64,000 nucleotides of DNA. Origin: Azolla caroliniana. Its lineage: Eukaryota > Plantae > Polypodiophyta. The notes below the pieces were generated by a model that was given only the letters and a program-made list of their open reading frames with translations, was not told the DNA's origin and ran no database searches. The stretch is from positions 5,022,001-5,086,000 of the forward strand of contig JBHGNT010000022.1 in assembly GCA_043228905.1 (NCBI GenBank), read 5' to 3'. How positions within the stretch are numbered: position 1 is the first letter of the stretch; every line of letters begins with the position of its first letter. The translations under genes and the position numbers were made by a program. Shown in pieces: positions 50,753 to 64,000 of the stretch.

Positions 50753-52970
50753 TGATACACCAGATTACCCCACAAGAACAATTGATATATTAAGAACACA
50801 GTCTGTTACAAGTATCGATCGACAAAATGATGAAGAGAGAGAAAAAAAAGATAGAGAAGAGAAGAGGAAGAAAAAAGAATACTTCAATATACTATTAAGA
50901 AAAGAATACAATCCTCTTAGACACCAAGAGGAACAACCCCAAATAACTACTTCAATATACTATTACTAAAATAGTCTTTTTGCCTTCTCTCTTTCTTCTA
51001 CTAATCGTCTTCCCATTTCTTCTAATCTTCTTCTTCTTCTTCTTCTTCTTTCTCACTTCTTCGTCTTCACTTCTTCTTGTAGATCTTCTATCCTTCCTTG
51101 TAGATATTCTATTCTTCCTCCATCCCCCATATTGCTAAGAATACCGCATATTTATAGGTTTTTAGTTGCGTTATTCTTGCTTTTTTCTTTTCTTTTCTTT
51201 TACATATCCTCGAGTTTGTGTGGTGCGTTTTTCATATAATTATTTCTGGGTTTTCATCCAATTTTTACATACAAGAAAGCTCTCTTTGTCAGCTTTCTTA
51301 TGAATCTTTTCTTTTGAAATTTGGATAAGAGATGAATAGTTATGAGCTTTTTTCTCTACCTTGCTTTTTTTACTTAATTTCCTGCGTTTTTCTTCTTTTT
51401 CTTTTTTTCTGATTTTTTTTCTTTTGAAAAACGCTTCTAACTTTATTTCTCTTCAATTTCATTTATCTTTTAACTCTTGGACCTTTCATATTGTGCTTTA
51501 TTCTTCTATACCTTCGCATCCAATGTATTTGTCACGGTCTTTTCCTATGAGCAAAAATTGACTTCACACTTCTCAATCAATTTATAGTTGATACAACGGA
51601 ACCCATTTGGGTTGGCTTGACTAAAAAGGGTGTGCTAAAAGGGTGGGTCATTTTGGGCACATGCATCCTAAAAAGGGTGAGCTAAAAAGGTGGGTCAACT
51701 TGGGTATGTGAATCCTAAAAAGGGTGAGCTAAAAGGGTGGCACAAAGGAACACATGCACACCACAATATATAGGCCTCCATGCTTGGCGTGTTACCTCGT
51801 CCCTCCTTAATATTTGGTTCCCCTTTATTCGGCTATTAGTGCTTGGCTCAGTCTATCTCCTTTCTTCAGTGAGGGAGTGGAATTCTTCAGTAAGGTCTTC
51901 TTCTTTTCTTGGAGTAGTTGGATGCTCTTTCTCATCCATTTTATACAATCCTTGGCCCTCCTTGTGGTTCTCGTAATCTGCTTTGAGTATTTGTAATTCA
52001 ACTGCTTGTGTCGACCATTCGTTCCATCGTTGAGTAAGAGTTACTTCTTTCTACCTTCTGGTTCAACCGCTTCCCATGGTTGGTTTTCCAGTAGGGCCTC
52101 CTTGATCCATGAGATTTCGCCCATCTCATAGTTTGATGCAAAGCTCTTGTAGTGCCTTTTTTTTGGGCGTCTAACTCGAGCTTTGATTTGGATAGGTTGA
52201 AAGAGGAGATCATCTCGTCGAGCTTCTTTTGGTAGAACTCTGAGTCCCGCTCTCGTATTTTGTGGACAAGCCTTGCCTTTTCCATCCTCAAGCTCCTGCT
52301 TGCACAGTTCCAGTTCTTGTTTAGATGTAACTCGAAGTTGCCGGAGACAAGCTTCTAACATATGCCTCCGGCTATCCATATCGCACATCAACTAGTGCTG
52401 TCGGGCCGAAATCTTTCTGCATTCCTTGGAGATCAATGAGTTCGTCGTCGTTCCGACTGCGAAGCACCTGGTGGAATACTTCTTTTTCTTTTTGTTGCTG
52501 CAGCGAGGCGACCAATTCCTCTTTTTGCTGCCTGAATAGCCGCTCCTCCTTTGCTTGATTTAGTATTTGCTTGTATTCCACCATCTTTGTTATGAGCTGC
52601 TTCGGTAGTTCGGCTTCTCTTTGCTGTGATTGCTAGAGGGCTTTCGTGGAGTTGGACGATTTCATCTAAGGTCTCCTGGTGTCGCTGTTTGGCCTTCTCG
52701 GCAATCGTCATCTGGGATACCAATTCTTCCACATAGTTATGAGGTGGGGGCGGTGCTGCAGTAGTGGTGAGGGGTGGTGCTTGGTTAGTGACGTTAGGCG
52801 AGGTGATTGTCGGCCGAGTTGGCGATGGCAAGCAAGGATTCTTGAGTTGTTGCATTGACCTAGGCCGTGAGGGTTAGTAGAGCTTCTGGTTGGGAATGTC
52901 AGTGGAAGCTGTGATGGTGAGAGGAGCGTCTTAACCTTGGCCAATTGATTGTGTAATGTTACATTAGTCA
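50753..52970 (-). mobile_element. Probable retroelement remnant: LTR-like segment (~50753-51595), short repeats (51620-51740) and a frameshifted coiled-coil ORF
   Basis: Minus-strand TATA at ~51150 followed by a CT-rich tract; ctaaaaagggtg repeats; overlapping Q/E/K-rich ORFs at 51998-52855. No recognisable domain. Confidence 0.35.
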
Positions 52971-52989
52971 AAATGGCTTCTTTGTAGAG

Positions 52990-53752
52990 AAGATGGACAA
53001 AAAGTTATGTCTCTTAAATGAAGAGTTTTCTCTAAAGTCTAATAATAAACAACTCTTCGTAATTACTTATTTTTCTAATTAATAATAATATAATATTTAG
53101 GTTAAATATTTCCACACCCTCCTTTAAGATAAAATTTATTTTATTCAAAAGTATTGTCTTTCAAAGAATAGTTTGACATTGTTAGACCAATCTTTCGGCA
53201 ACAAGGGACATGCTTTGTTTGAGGTACTGACTTTGTTAGAAAATCAGCCCACATTAGTGTTGTAGACGCATACTTCAAATCTAGCTTCTTCTCTTCGATT
53301 AAGTCTCGTAGAAAATGATGCTTGAAAGAGACATGTCGAATATTATCACTCATTTTCGGATTACAAGCTAACTTTATACATGATTGATTAGCTTGTATAA
53401 AACAAGTTAGCTTTGAAGTCAATCCCCTCCCCAATCTGAATCCGTCCAACCAGACAATTGTGATGGATTGGTCCATCTTTCAAGATTCATGTTGAGGGAC
53501 TCTGATTGCGATTTAGAGTAAGTTAACACCATATCTTTTGTTCATTTTAGGTAATGTCGTAGTCGTTTTAAAACTTGCCAATGTTTCGGTCTAGGATCCT
53601 GCATAAATCTTGAAAGAATTCCAACGGTGGAACATAAATTGGGATGTATACAACTAACAAGGTAGTGTATACGTCCAAGAATTTGCTTGTAAGGAACATT
53701 GAGCATTTCATCTCGTTCTTTAATAGTTCTTGGAGCATCTTTGATTGATAAT
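52990..53752 (-). mobile_element. Copia 3' fragment (RT end, RNase H, PPT, LTR start at 53115)
   Basis: VPYKQILG...LSRFMQDP, NQSCIKLACNP, ADFLTK; AAAGGAGGG followed by TGTGG. Confidence 0.8.
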
Positions 53753-56035
53753 TGTGAAAGATTGCTTGCGGAAGCGTTAGAAAGAACAATACACAGAGAG
53801 AGAGAGAGTACCCGGGAGAGAGAGAGAGAGAGAGAGAGAGCAGGACACACTATTTTTCAAAATTATATGAGTACTCTTTACTCTGTTTTTTCCTCTCTCT
53901 ATACAACGCGCTCATCAACGCTATTTATACAAGTCCACACGGGACTGTTAGAAGTACGGTGTACTTCAATGCTCACACGAGCTTCTGACACTAACTACGA
54001 GACTATAACTACCTAGTAGTCTAACCTATACTAGGCTTCCAGTTACGGATTGGATCCGGCATACCGGCTCCCCAGCTCACCGGTCCTTACTGCAGTCTTC
54101 ATCTTTGTCACCGGGCAAAGGTCTCTACATAGTTGACTCCAGGTGTTTGTGCGTATCCTTTCTCTATGAGTCAGGCTTTGTGGTGATTGACAGAGTTATC
54201 GGCATTATACTTCACCTTGTAAATCCATCTGCAACCAATCGTTTTTTTGCATGGTAAGTGGGAAACGAGATCCCATGTTTTGTTCTTGCATAGTGCCCCC
54301 ATCTCCTCGTTCATTGCTTCAACCCATCGTGGATCCTTAGTGGCTTCAGCAAAGCTCTCCGGTTCATGATCTGCTGCCACCTTCATCATAAAGGCATAGT
54401 GATATGCCATATAGTCGTTGTAGCCGAATCGGCTAATTAGATTCTTCTCTCGGGTGGAGCGATGAAGTTTCTCATTTGCAGATGTAAGTGCCTTCTTAAC
54501 TCCGGGTGACCTCATAAGAAGCACATCAATGCCACCAAACTCACTGTCGAGTGAGTGAGTTGATTCATTGTGGTCAAATTGATCATCTTCATATTTCAGC
54601 ATTTTGGCCTTCCCTTTGTTCATCTTTGGACTCGACCGAGATGTGCTTTGGTTGCTCAGGAGCTCTTGTGGCCCACTGAGCCACGTCGTGATCAGACTTT
54701 CTTCGAATATATGCCTTACTCGATCTTCTTCTTCTATCTCTTGGTTGGCCAAGTTCGGGTCCACTGGAAATGGTTTGGGAGGAGTTGGCTCCGGTTCGTA
54801 CCATGATGCCAATTTGTCGAAGACGATGTCTCGACTTACACAAGCCTTCCGTGTAGAGGGGTTGAAGCATTTGTACCCCTTTTGCTCCAGTGAGTATCCT
54901 ATAGGGATACATTTCTCTGACTTGGGATCTAGCTTTTGTCACTTTTCGTTGGGGATGTGCACATATGCAATGGAGCCGAATATCCTTACATGGGATAGAT
55001 CTGGTTTCTTCCCATACTATTTCTTGTGCGGGGTGACCTCGTGCACTCCCAATGTTGTGCACCGGTTCATGAGGTAGATGGCGGTATTTGTAGCTTCTGC
55101 CCAATATGACTTGGGCATATGCTTCTTGTTCAACATCACCCTTGCTACTTCGAGGATATTCTGATTCTTGTGTTCGGCTACACCGTTCTGTTACGGTGTG
55201 TGTCGGCAAGTGAATTCTCGCCGAATTCCTTCTTGGCAAAGGTATGCCGTGAATGCATCTAAGAAGTATTCCTTTCCTTCGTCTGATCGCATACATCGTA
55301 CATGACGGTCAATTGCCTTTTCGACTTCGCTTTGAATTTTTGGAACTGTTTAAACACTTCCCTCTTCAACCTCATGGGAAAGATCCATGTGTATCTAGAG
55401 AATTCGATGATGAAGGTAACATAGTATTGACATCCTCCGAATGTGACCGTCTGTGCCGGTCCCACACATCTGATTGGACTACGTCTAATAGGCCTTTGCT
55501 TACGTTCCTCTCCTTCGAGAACGGGTGCCGATGTTGCTTGCCAAATTGGCATGCTTCACATACTCCTTCAATCTCTTTCTCTTTGAAGGTCGGGAGCCCG
55601 ATGGCGACTCCTTTTGATTGCATCGCCTTGAGTTTGTTTAGATTGATATGGCCGATTCTTTTATGCCATAGCTCTATGTTACTGTCGGCTTTGAGTCCCT
55701 TTGCAAACATGGAGGATTTCATTTCAATCAACTCGAGGATAAACATTCGACCTTCCCTTCGACCATGAGTGATGAGTGGGCCCTCTTTTTTGATGAAACA
55801 ACCACCATGGTTGAATCGAACTTGCATGCCTTGCTCAACAATTTGGCTGACCGAGACCAAATTCTTCGTTATGGTCGGTAAATGCAAGACATTTTTTATG
55901 CAAGTTTGTTTGACGTCTTTCCCGAATGGGACATTGCCGATATGGGGAATCGAATGAGTAGTGTCGTCTCCGGTTTCAACATAGCCGGGTCGATCTGGCT
56001 CTCGTAAGTCTTGGAACCATTCTTGATGAGACGTC
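53753..56035 (-). mobile_element. Deleted copia related to copia-1/2: partial LTR (53753-~54090) fused to RT-IN-PR fragments
   Basis: LTR similar to 11081-11487; TSHQEWF, LWHKRIGH, CEACQFGK and WIYKVKYNAD motifs. Confidence 0.85.
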
Positions 56036-56317
56036 TGACGAGAATATGTGGAATAATCTTCGGCCACAACCGAGACTTAGATCACTTGATGATAATCAAA
56101 CACAAAAAAAGGGGAATATGGGGATAGATGCACGTATACACAAAACACAGACAGAGAATGCACAGGATGTTAACGTGGAAAACCCTAAACGAGAAAAAAC
56201 CACGGGAGCCCACAGACTCCAAACTATCACTATGTGTAGGAGAATACAATGAGGAACACAAAGGCAACGAACTCGTCCTCACACACTTCACCTAACAGCG
56301 GTTACAACAGAGACTTA

Positions 56318-56348
<31 letters not shown>

Positions 56349-58790
56349 TGCTACACTCTGTAAACAGTTACACCAAATAATACTATACAAAATAATGACA
56401 ACACACACTTCGCCTATTTGCCCTAGGTCATATTTATACTAATATGACTTTCAGGATATTTACAAATATAGCCCCTGTGGGCTCTCTGGAACATATTTAC
56501 ATATATGTCCCTTCATCTGGTGAGAGGTTCTCACCGGGCTTGCAACATCCGGTTCTCACCTGGCCTTCATCATCCGGTTCTCACTGGGCCTTCGTCATCC
56601 CATCCGGAGGGACCGGAATCCTAACAAACCCCCATTCTACTCCGTGTGGATCTTCGTCAGCACGAACTCTCGTTCTTCCACTCGCTCCCGAATCCAGTGG
56701 TACCTCCGTTGGATGTGCTTCGTCCTGGAATGATACACTACGTTCTTTGCAAGGTGGATGGCACTTTGATTGTCGCAATAGAGCCAGTATTCCTCTTGCC
56801 GAATCCCTAGCTCTTCGATGAAGTCCTTCATCTATAGTATTTCCTTGCCGGCTTCCACGGCCGCCATGTACTCCGCCTCCGTGGTTGACAACGCAACCGT
56901 CTTCTACAATCTCGACTGCCACGAAACAACTCCCCCTGCATATGTCATAACATATCCCGATGTTGACCGGCTGGTATCCGCATCAACCGACATATCCGAA
57001 TCGGTGAAACCGTCAAGTTGTGGTTTACCAGAGCCGAATCAGAGACACATACTTGAGGTGCCTTTCAAGTACCAAAGTATCCATTTTACCGCATTCCAGT
57101 GCTCCTAGTCAGGATTGCTCATAAACCGACTCACCACTCTGACTGTGTATCCGATATCCGGTCGGGTACACACCATTGCGTACATTAAACTCCCGACGGT
57201 AGAGGCATATGGTATCTTCATCATATTCGCCTTCTCTACCTTCGTCTTCAGGCTTTGCTTACCGGATAGCTTGCAGTTTGCCGGAAGTGTCGATCCGACC
57301 GGTTTCGCGTCCGACATGTTGAACCGCTGAAGCACCTTTGTCACGTACTTTTCCTGTGACAGCCACAATTGCTTTGTTGACCAGTCCTGGATGATATGCA
57401 TCCCCAATATCTGTCTTGCTGGACCCAAGTCTTTAATTGAAAAGGTCCAGTTCAAGGCCTTCTTCAGCATCTGTATCTTGACTTGGTCTCATCCGACGAT
57501 CAACATGTCGTCCACGTACAGGAGGAGTATCAGGAAGTCTCCATCTTCAAACTTCTTCACAAACATGCAATGATTGGCCTGCGTCTTATGGTATCCTTGA
57601 TTCGTCATGAAGGAGTCGAACTTCTGGTACCATTGCCGTGGAGCCTGCTTCAAACCGTAGAGGCTCTTTTTCAACCGGCAAACCAGGTGCTCCTTCCCTT
57701 TCTACACAAATCCCTTCGGCGGCTGCATGCATATCTCCTCTTTGAGGTCGCCGTGGAGGAACGCCGTCTTCACGTCTAACTGCTCTACCTCGAGGTCCAT
57801 GCTTGCCACTATACTTAGCACCGTCCGGATGGAAGTCATCTTTACTACCGCGGCAAATATCTCATCCAAGTGTACGCCCTTCTTTTGTTGGAACCCCTTC
57901 ACCACGATCCTGGCTTTGTATCTTGGGGGGTTACCGGCATCTCCTGGTTTCAGCTTGTACACCCACTTGTTCTGGAGTGCCCTCTTTCCTTTCGACAACT
58001 CCACCAATTCATACGTGTGGTTCTCATGCAGGGAATCCATCTCGTCCTACATGGCACTCAACCACTTGTGGCTATGGGTGTCATCCTTCACTTCTTCGAA
58101 GCTTTCTAGCTCCACCTCATTGGTCAGCAACACATGCTCTGCATCCGGAAATCTCCGAGAGGCCCTTCTCTCTGCAACGGGCTTCTCTATTTGTTCTTCA
58201 TCCGAATCTGATTCGGGGTCTTGGCCGGTTCCGGTTTTAGCTTCCTCTACTTCTTCTTTTGCTGGTTCCGTATCCTCACCGTAACCAACCGGTTCCTCAA
58301 GTGTCAACCGGATCTTAGCCGGGTAGGTCCGAATCTCATCGAACCGATCCTTACTGGTTGACTCAGAGTTCATTATCTTCTTCTGCGACTCCCAGTCGGC
58401 AAGGGTCTTGTCCTCCATGAAGATAATATCTTGACTCCGGAAAACCTTCTTGTCGATGAGATCCCACAGTCGGTAGCCGAACTCATCATCGCCGTATCCG
58501 AGGAATATGCAAGGCCGGGACATTGGATCCAACTTTGCTCTCCAGTCCTTTGCAACATACACGTAAGCGAGACACCCGAACACCTTCAGATGCCAATAAG
58601 ACACTTCCTTACCGATCCACACTCTGTGCGGCATGTCTCCGTCCAAGGGTACTGAGGGTGATCTGTTTATCACGTACGTCGTTGTCGCCAACGCCTCAGC
58701 CCAAAACGTCTTGGGTAACCTTGCATGTGCTCGCATACTCCGGACCTTCTCCATTATGGTCTGGTTCATCCTCTCGGCCAGCCCGTTAAG
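56036..58790 (-). mobile_element. Truncated Tnt1/Tork-like copia with 3' LTR (56036-56626)
   Basis: [46 protein letters not shown]; PPT GAATGGGGG; the LTR interrupts the protease of the neighbouring copia. Confidence 0.87.
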
Positions 58791-58794
58791 TAGT

Positions 58795-59272
58795 GCCATT
58801 CAAGGGAATTGAGACATCCAAATTCTCAAAAAATATCAAGACTATGCTGATGTTTTCGACAAAGTCAAAGCTAGTGTTCTTCCAAAGCATTGGCCGTACG
58901 ATTGTGCTATTGATCTCCAACCAAGAAAAGAGCCACCACGGGGTCTGATTTACAATTTATCACCCACTGAGCTTGAGGTTCTTCGAGAATACATCGAGGA
59001 AAATCTTGCACATGGGTTTACTCAACATTCAAAGTCTCTAGGTGGTGCTCCTATCTTTTTTGCAAAGAAAAAGGATGACTCCCTTCGTTTGGTCGTGGAC
59101 TATCGAGGCTTAAATAAAGTCAGCATAAGGAATAGGTATGCTCTACCTTTAATCTCAAGTCTCTTCGAACGCATTGGTGGGGCAAAGCATTTTACCAAAA
59201 TTGATCTAAGGGGTGCATATAATCTTGTTTGAATTTGACTGGGAGATGAGTGGAAAATTGCATTTCGTACTC
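58795..59272 (+). pseudogene. Ty3/gypsy RT fragment (Tcn1/Tf2-like)
   Basis: YDCAIDL...IYNLSPTELEVLREYIEENL...APIFFAKKKDDSLRLVVDYRGLN...KIDLRGAYNL...DEWKIAFRT. Confidence 0.85.
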
Positions 59273-60444
59273 AGTGTATGTTGGCATAAAAGGCCAACTC
59301 CTTCCACCTTGTATCCATCCGAGTGTGAACTTGACAATAAGTTAGGGCTTAGTATATAAGAGAATACCTAACATTGTAATGGATGACGAAGAAAGACGAT
59401 TGTAATCCTTGAGAGAGAAAAACGCATTGTGCAGAAATAAGAAGCTTTCCATTAAAGCTTGCAATTGTGTAAGTCTATATCTGCCTTCTCTATCTTTTGT
59501 GTATGTTGTTTGTTGTTCATAACCATAAGATCCAAACACACACTTCCGCATAACTATCGACATTCACCAACAAGTGGTATCAGAGTTGTGTTCTGCTGTG
59601 TGGCGGCAACAGATAACAGAAGAAGAAGCTGAAAGAAAAGACCAGGTCAGAAACATCAAATCCATAGAAAGAATATGGCTTCAACATTTGGAATAGGAGT
59701 TGAAATTAGAAAGTTCGACGGCAAAAACTTTGCCCTGTGGAAAGAGATGATGCAGGATGTGCGGATTATCCGAAGATAGGTCAAAGCCATTCAACATAAT
59801 GAAAAGCCTGCTTCGATGACAACATAAGAGTGGAGATCAATGGACGAAATAGCATGCTCCACCATCCGAATGCATCTTGCTCAAAACGTCTATTTCAGCA
59901 TGGCAGAAGAGACGACAACGTTCTCATTGTGGGAGAAATTACAAGCCGTATATGAGAAGAAGTCTTCATCTTCAAAACTTATCTTGATCAAACAACTGTT
60001 CAACATGAAGATGAAAGAGACCGATCCGGCAACCTTCCACATCAACACCTTCAGCCGAGTGTTGTCAGAGCTCTCGTCCCAAGGGATCAACTTCAAAGAA
60101 GAAGTGAAAGCCTTTGCCCTCCTATTGATCTTGCCGGCGAGTTGGGAGGTATTCTGTACGACATACGCCAATAGCCGAACGATCCTGAATTTGGATGAAA
60201 CAACCGGCCAAGTCCTCAAAGAAGACATTAGGCAAAAATCGATGGGACTAACCATCGATGAGTCGGCAGAAGCCCATCACTCGACCGAGTAGTTCAACCG
60301 ACAGAGTCGAACGAAAGAACAAGCTGACAGAATCAGTTGACGCTACAATCAATCGAAAACAAGGGGTCACTGACAGTGGTCGAAGTCGAGAACGGGCCGA
60401 ACAAGTGAGTACTGCACACACTGCAGGAAAGCTGGCCACAACGT

Positions 60445-61468
60445 TGTGAAGATTTTCGGCAATAGTGTGAAAATCCCATAAAACGTACGAAATCGAGTAT
60501 GAATCACATAGTACAATAATTGTGAAGATAACATTTTAAATAAATTTAATATCTAAGTACAAAATGATGGAGGTTTCGAATGCACTTTATTACACGAGAA
60601 ACGAACAACTAAATGTCAAGATATGAGGGTATAAAGTTTGTGAAAGGAAAAGAGAAAATTGTGAGATATCCCACATAGGCATGACAAATACGGCTCTCAT
60701 CATATATAAGGTGGAGCAAAAGATATTATCTTTGTGTCTATGTGTGGAGCATAGAAAAGGGTTTTGGCCAACCAAAACCGGACCGGCGATGGAGCCAGTG
60801 AGACACCGGCATCCGACGACAATCCGGCGAGGGCATCCGGCGAGGCACCGGTAACCGACGACATCCGACGAACCGGCGTCCGACGACTAGATAAATAAAT
60901 ATATAAATATATATACATATATACCATATACAAGGAGGGCAAGGAAGGATTCGAACCTTGCACCTCCAAGTTAGGAATCAATTGGCTTACCATTAAGCCA
61001 TGCTATTTAGTTGAAATTATATTTCTATCATTGTACTTTTACATGTAAATTCTCATACATGAGAGCTAAAATGAGTGACATGGTTATCATGCACCACATG
61101 TAATACATAAGCGCCAAATGGCAAACATGCAATTTATGCATGTCTTGTACCCTCACATGCATCATATGCATGAGAGCATCTATAAAAGAAGGAAGGGGGA
61201 GGAGAAAAAACACGTTTTTTTTTTATGAAAATTAAGAGGAAGAAATTCGTTATCAAATTGATCGTGTAACTTGTTTCTTAAATCTAAAATTAAAAGTTCA
61301 ATCAATCTCTCTCAATCGTGTAATCTCAACTTCTCTCTTTCCCAATCTATCTTAAGTACTTTCTCGCTAAAGCTTGCGCCAAAGCTTGTACCGACTTTGA
61401 ATCCTTCCGGTCCAGAACCCCGACGGTTCCGCCTCACGATCCGCGCGTAGTTACGGATCTTCACGACA
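60445..61468 (+). mobile_element. Ty3/gypsy-type solo LTR (1024 bp) related in architecture to gypsy-1
   Basis: TG...CACGACA; 4-bp TSD ACGT (60441-60444 / 61469-61472); removing it restores the copia zinc knuckle CTHCRKAGHNVSDC. Confidence 0.88.
60947..61000 (-). promoter_or_regulatory. tRNA-like Pol III A-box/B-box cassette in the solo LTR (antisense)
   Basis: TGGCTTAATGG (61000-60990) and GGTTCGAATCC (60957-60947); both match consensus and are at tRNA spacing. Confidence 0.7.
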
Positions 61469-62750
61469 ACGTTTCCGACTGCTGGTCAATAAAATGAAAA
61501 GAGAGTGGTTGGCGATCCGAGCGGAATTGGGGACGTTCCGACTCGGACCACTCCCCAGTCGGCAACCAAATCAATGTTGCCAACACCCGATCCGGAGAAA
61601 TCCTCTCCCTAGAGGATTCAATGAACGGAGAAGTCCTCTACAATGCACAAGTTGCACACACGTGGCTACTAAAATCTAGTGCCACATTTCACATGACCCC
61701 CAACGTTGAATGGTTCTCAAACTATTCAACCGACGCCAGCGACACAGTTCGACTGGGAAACGGGCAAGAGTGCAAGATAGTCGGAACCAGGGAGGTTCCC
61801 ATCAAATTGCCAAATGGCAACACAATAACCCTGCACCAAGTTCGGCATGTACCCGATCTAAAGAGGAGTCTGGTCTCCATCGGCATGTTAGCCGAAGATG
61901 GGTATCGAACGACTCTACAAGAGTCGACATGGGTGATCAGCCGAGGAAACCTCAAAATTGGCCGTGAACGTAGCCGAGAAAACCGACCCGAACTTATGGC
62001 ATGGACGACTTGGCGACATGTCTCAAGCTGGACTTGATCGGCTGATGTCGGTCGACTACATTCCAAAACTCCAAGCAAAGACGGACTTTTGCGAGCATTG
62101 TCGATATGGGAAACAGACCCGAAGTCCGCACTCTCTCCACTACGAGATGGTACGACAACCCCTAGAGCTCGTCCACACAGACATATGTGGGCCCATGCTA
62201 GAGCGATCACTAGGAGGCTCCCGGTACTTCATCACATTCGTAGATGACTGTACACGGAAAGTTTGGGCATACTCCATCAAGTCCAAAGATGAAGCACTCG
62301 AGTTCTTCACTCGATGGATATCTGAAGTGGAGAACCGGTCGGGATACAGAGTGAAGACACTCCAATCCAACAACGAAGGTGAGTACACCTCCAAAACCTT
62401 CAAACAATACCTATTCGAAAAAGGGATTCGACACCAAAAGACCATTCCCTATACACCCATGCAAAATGGAGTGACAGAATGGATCAATAGGATGATCCAG
62501 GAGAGGGTGACGACAATGCTCCAACAAGCCGGACTGAAGCTGGAATTTTGGGCTGAGGCGTTGTAGACGACAGTGTACCTGATAAATCTGGCGCCATCAA
62601 GAGCAATCAGGCTCGAAGTGCCATAGGCACTATGGTCAGGCAAACAACCGACCTACAATAGGCTCTGTATATTCAGATGCGAAGCCTATGCGTTCATCCC
62701 TAGGGACAAAAGGATGAATTTGGCACCCCATGCAACAAAGTGCATATTTT

Positions 62751-64000
62751 TACCAAAAGTTCTTCTTGAAAAATGGATTAATATGGAGGGAGCCGAAAAG
62801 ACCGGATGGCATACCGCTTCGGGTAGTCGGGACGAAAGAGCAACTCGATGTAGTTTCATGAATCCGATTGGGCTGGACATTGAGGAAGATGGGCAACTTT
62901 TGTGAAAATCAAACAAAAATATTGGTGGAAGAATATGTACAAAGATATAGCGGAGTTCACGGAAAGCTGCGAGAAGTGTCAAATCTACTCCGGAGTTCGA
63001 CACCGAGATGAGTTACATTCGACATTCTCACCGACAATCAACTTCAAATGGATGGTCTACATTGTAGCCATGCCAACCGGGATAGGACAAAAGAAGTACT
63101 TGGTGTTAGCTCGGGAAGATCTCACAAACCAAGCAGAAGGTCGGGTGATACGAAGGAAAACGTGTTCTGCGGTATGCCAATTTCTTTTGGAGGAGGTGTT
63201 TTGTAGGTACGGGTGCGTAGGACAAGTGATTGCGGATCGGGGGGACCTCGACTTTGATAAAGCTAAGGAATTCTTCACCAAACATGGAGTTTGGTTAACA
63301 CTAACATCGACATACAATCCGGAAGCCAACGGGAAGATCAAACAAGGACATAGTCCAATCGTCAAAGCACTTGCAAAAGCATGCGACGGAAGGGTGAAGG
63401 ATTGGCCACAGATGCTCCCGTATGCACTATGGGCGGATCGAACAACGCATAGTTCCGTGACCGGTTTTATGCTAGCCGAACTCATGACCGGACAAGCACC
63501 GGTAATGCGGACGGAAACCGCAATTGCGACATGGATAGTCTTGCCATGGAAGGAAGAGATGAGCCAAGAAGAACTACTAGCGGTCCGGGTATGACAACTG
63601 GAGGGAAGACCGGAAGACATAGCGGAAGCAACATGCCGACAACAAGAAGCACAATTCCAGAACAAAAGCCGATTCGACACAAAGCATTGACTATGACCGC
63701 AAAAGATTGAAGAAGGAGATTGGATGGTTGTCTATGATAGTAGTCTAGATCATCAATATACAACGATACGGAAATTCGCGAAAAGGTGGTTCGGGCCATA
63801 CGATGTTCGGAAAGTTTTTGACAACGGAACTTACCGACTAAGTGAGTTGGATGGAACAATACTACGGGTGCCTATCGCGGGGAAACATGTGAAGATTTTA
63901 GAGAAGCGGACTGACGGTGAGCTTTATGTAAGCTTAGACAAGACCGACAACAAGGAGCAATCGGACAAAGCTCAAGGTGATGCAGAAAGCAAAGAAAGTG
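62751..64000 (+). pseudogene. Decayed integrase region of a gypsy-1 family copy
   Basis: Highly similar to the reverse complement of ~14380-15620, with stops and frameshifts. Confidence 0.92.

Larger units (their letters stand above)
59279..62750 (+). mobile_element. 3'-truncated Tnt1/Tork-like copia with 5' LTR (59279-59572)
   Basis: TGTTGG...CCAACA; iMet PBS 59575-59585; gag KFDGKNFALWK; integrase LVHTDICGP and FVDDCTR. Confidence 0.88.

Overview
Land-plant nuclear DNA, most likely a fern (inferred from PLS-type PPR remnants and the element families present). About 70-75% of the window is transposon-derived. Host genes: first coding exon of a NIPA-family Mg transporter (-, runs off the left edge), a complete 6-exon UBC22/UBE2S-like E2 (-, 36868-39870), and a complete 7-exon small purple acid phosphatase (+, 44901-48818). 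Region 1.2-24.6 kb is a decayed Mutator-like transposon that hosts a Ty1/copia (3368-9470) and a second copia (11081-24332). The second copia in turn hosts an apparently intact, young, tRNA-Trp-primed Ty3/gypsy (13422-20741). The rest holds truncated or chimeric copia and gypsy pieces, a second MULE with a Ulp1 protease relic, two tRNA-derived SINEs with TSDs, a gypsy solo LTR and a mitochondrial 26S rRNA fragment. Most notable: (1) two divergent gypsy LTR families carry an antisense tRNA-like Pol III A-box/B-box cassette at the same position in U3; (2) the intact gypsy has a candidate -1 frameshift signal (G_GAU_UUU plus H-type pseudoknot) placed after the protease. All calls are by eye; no database searches were run.
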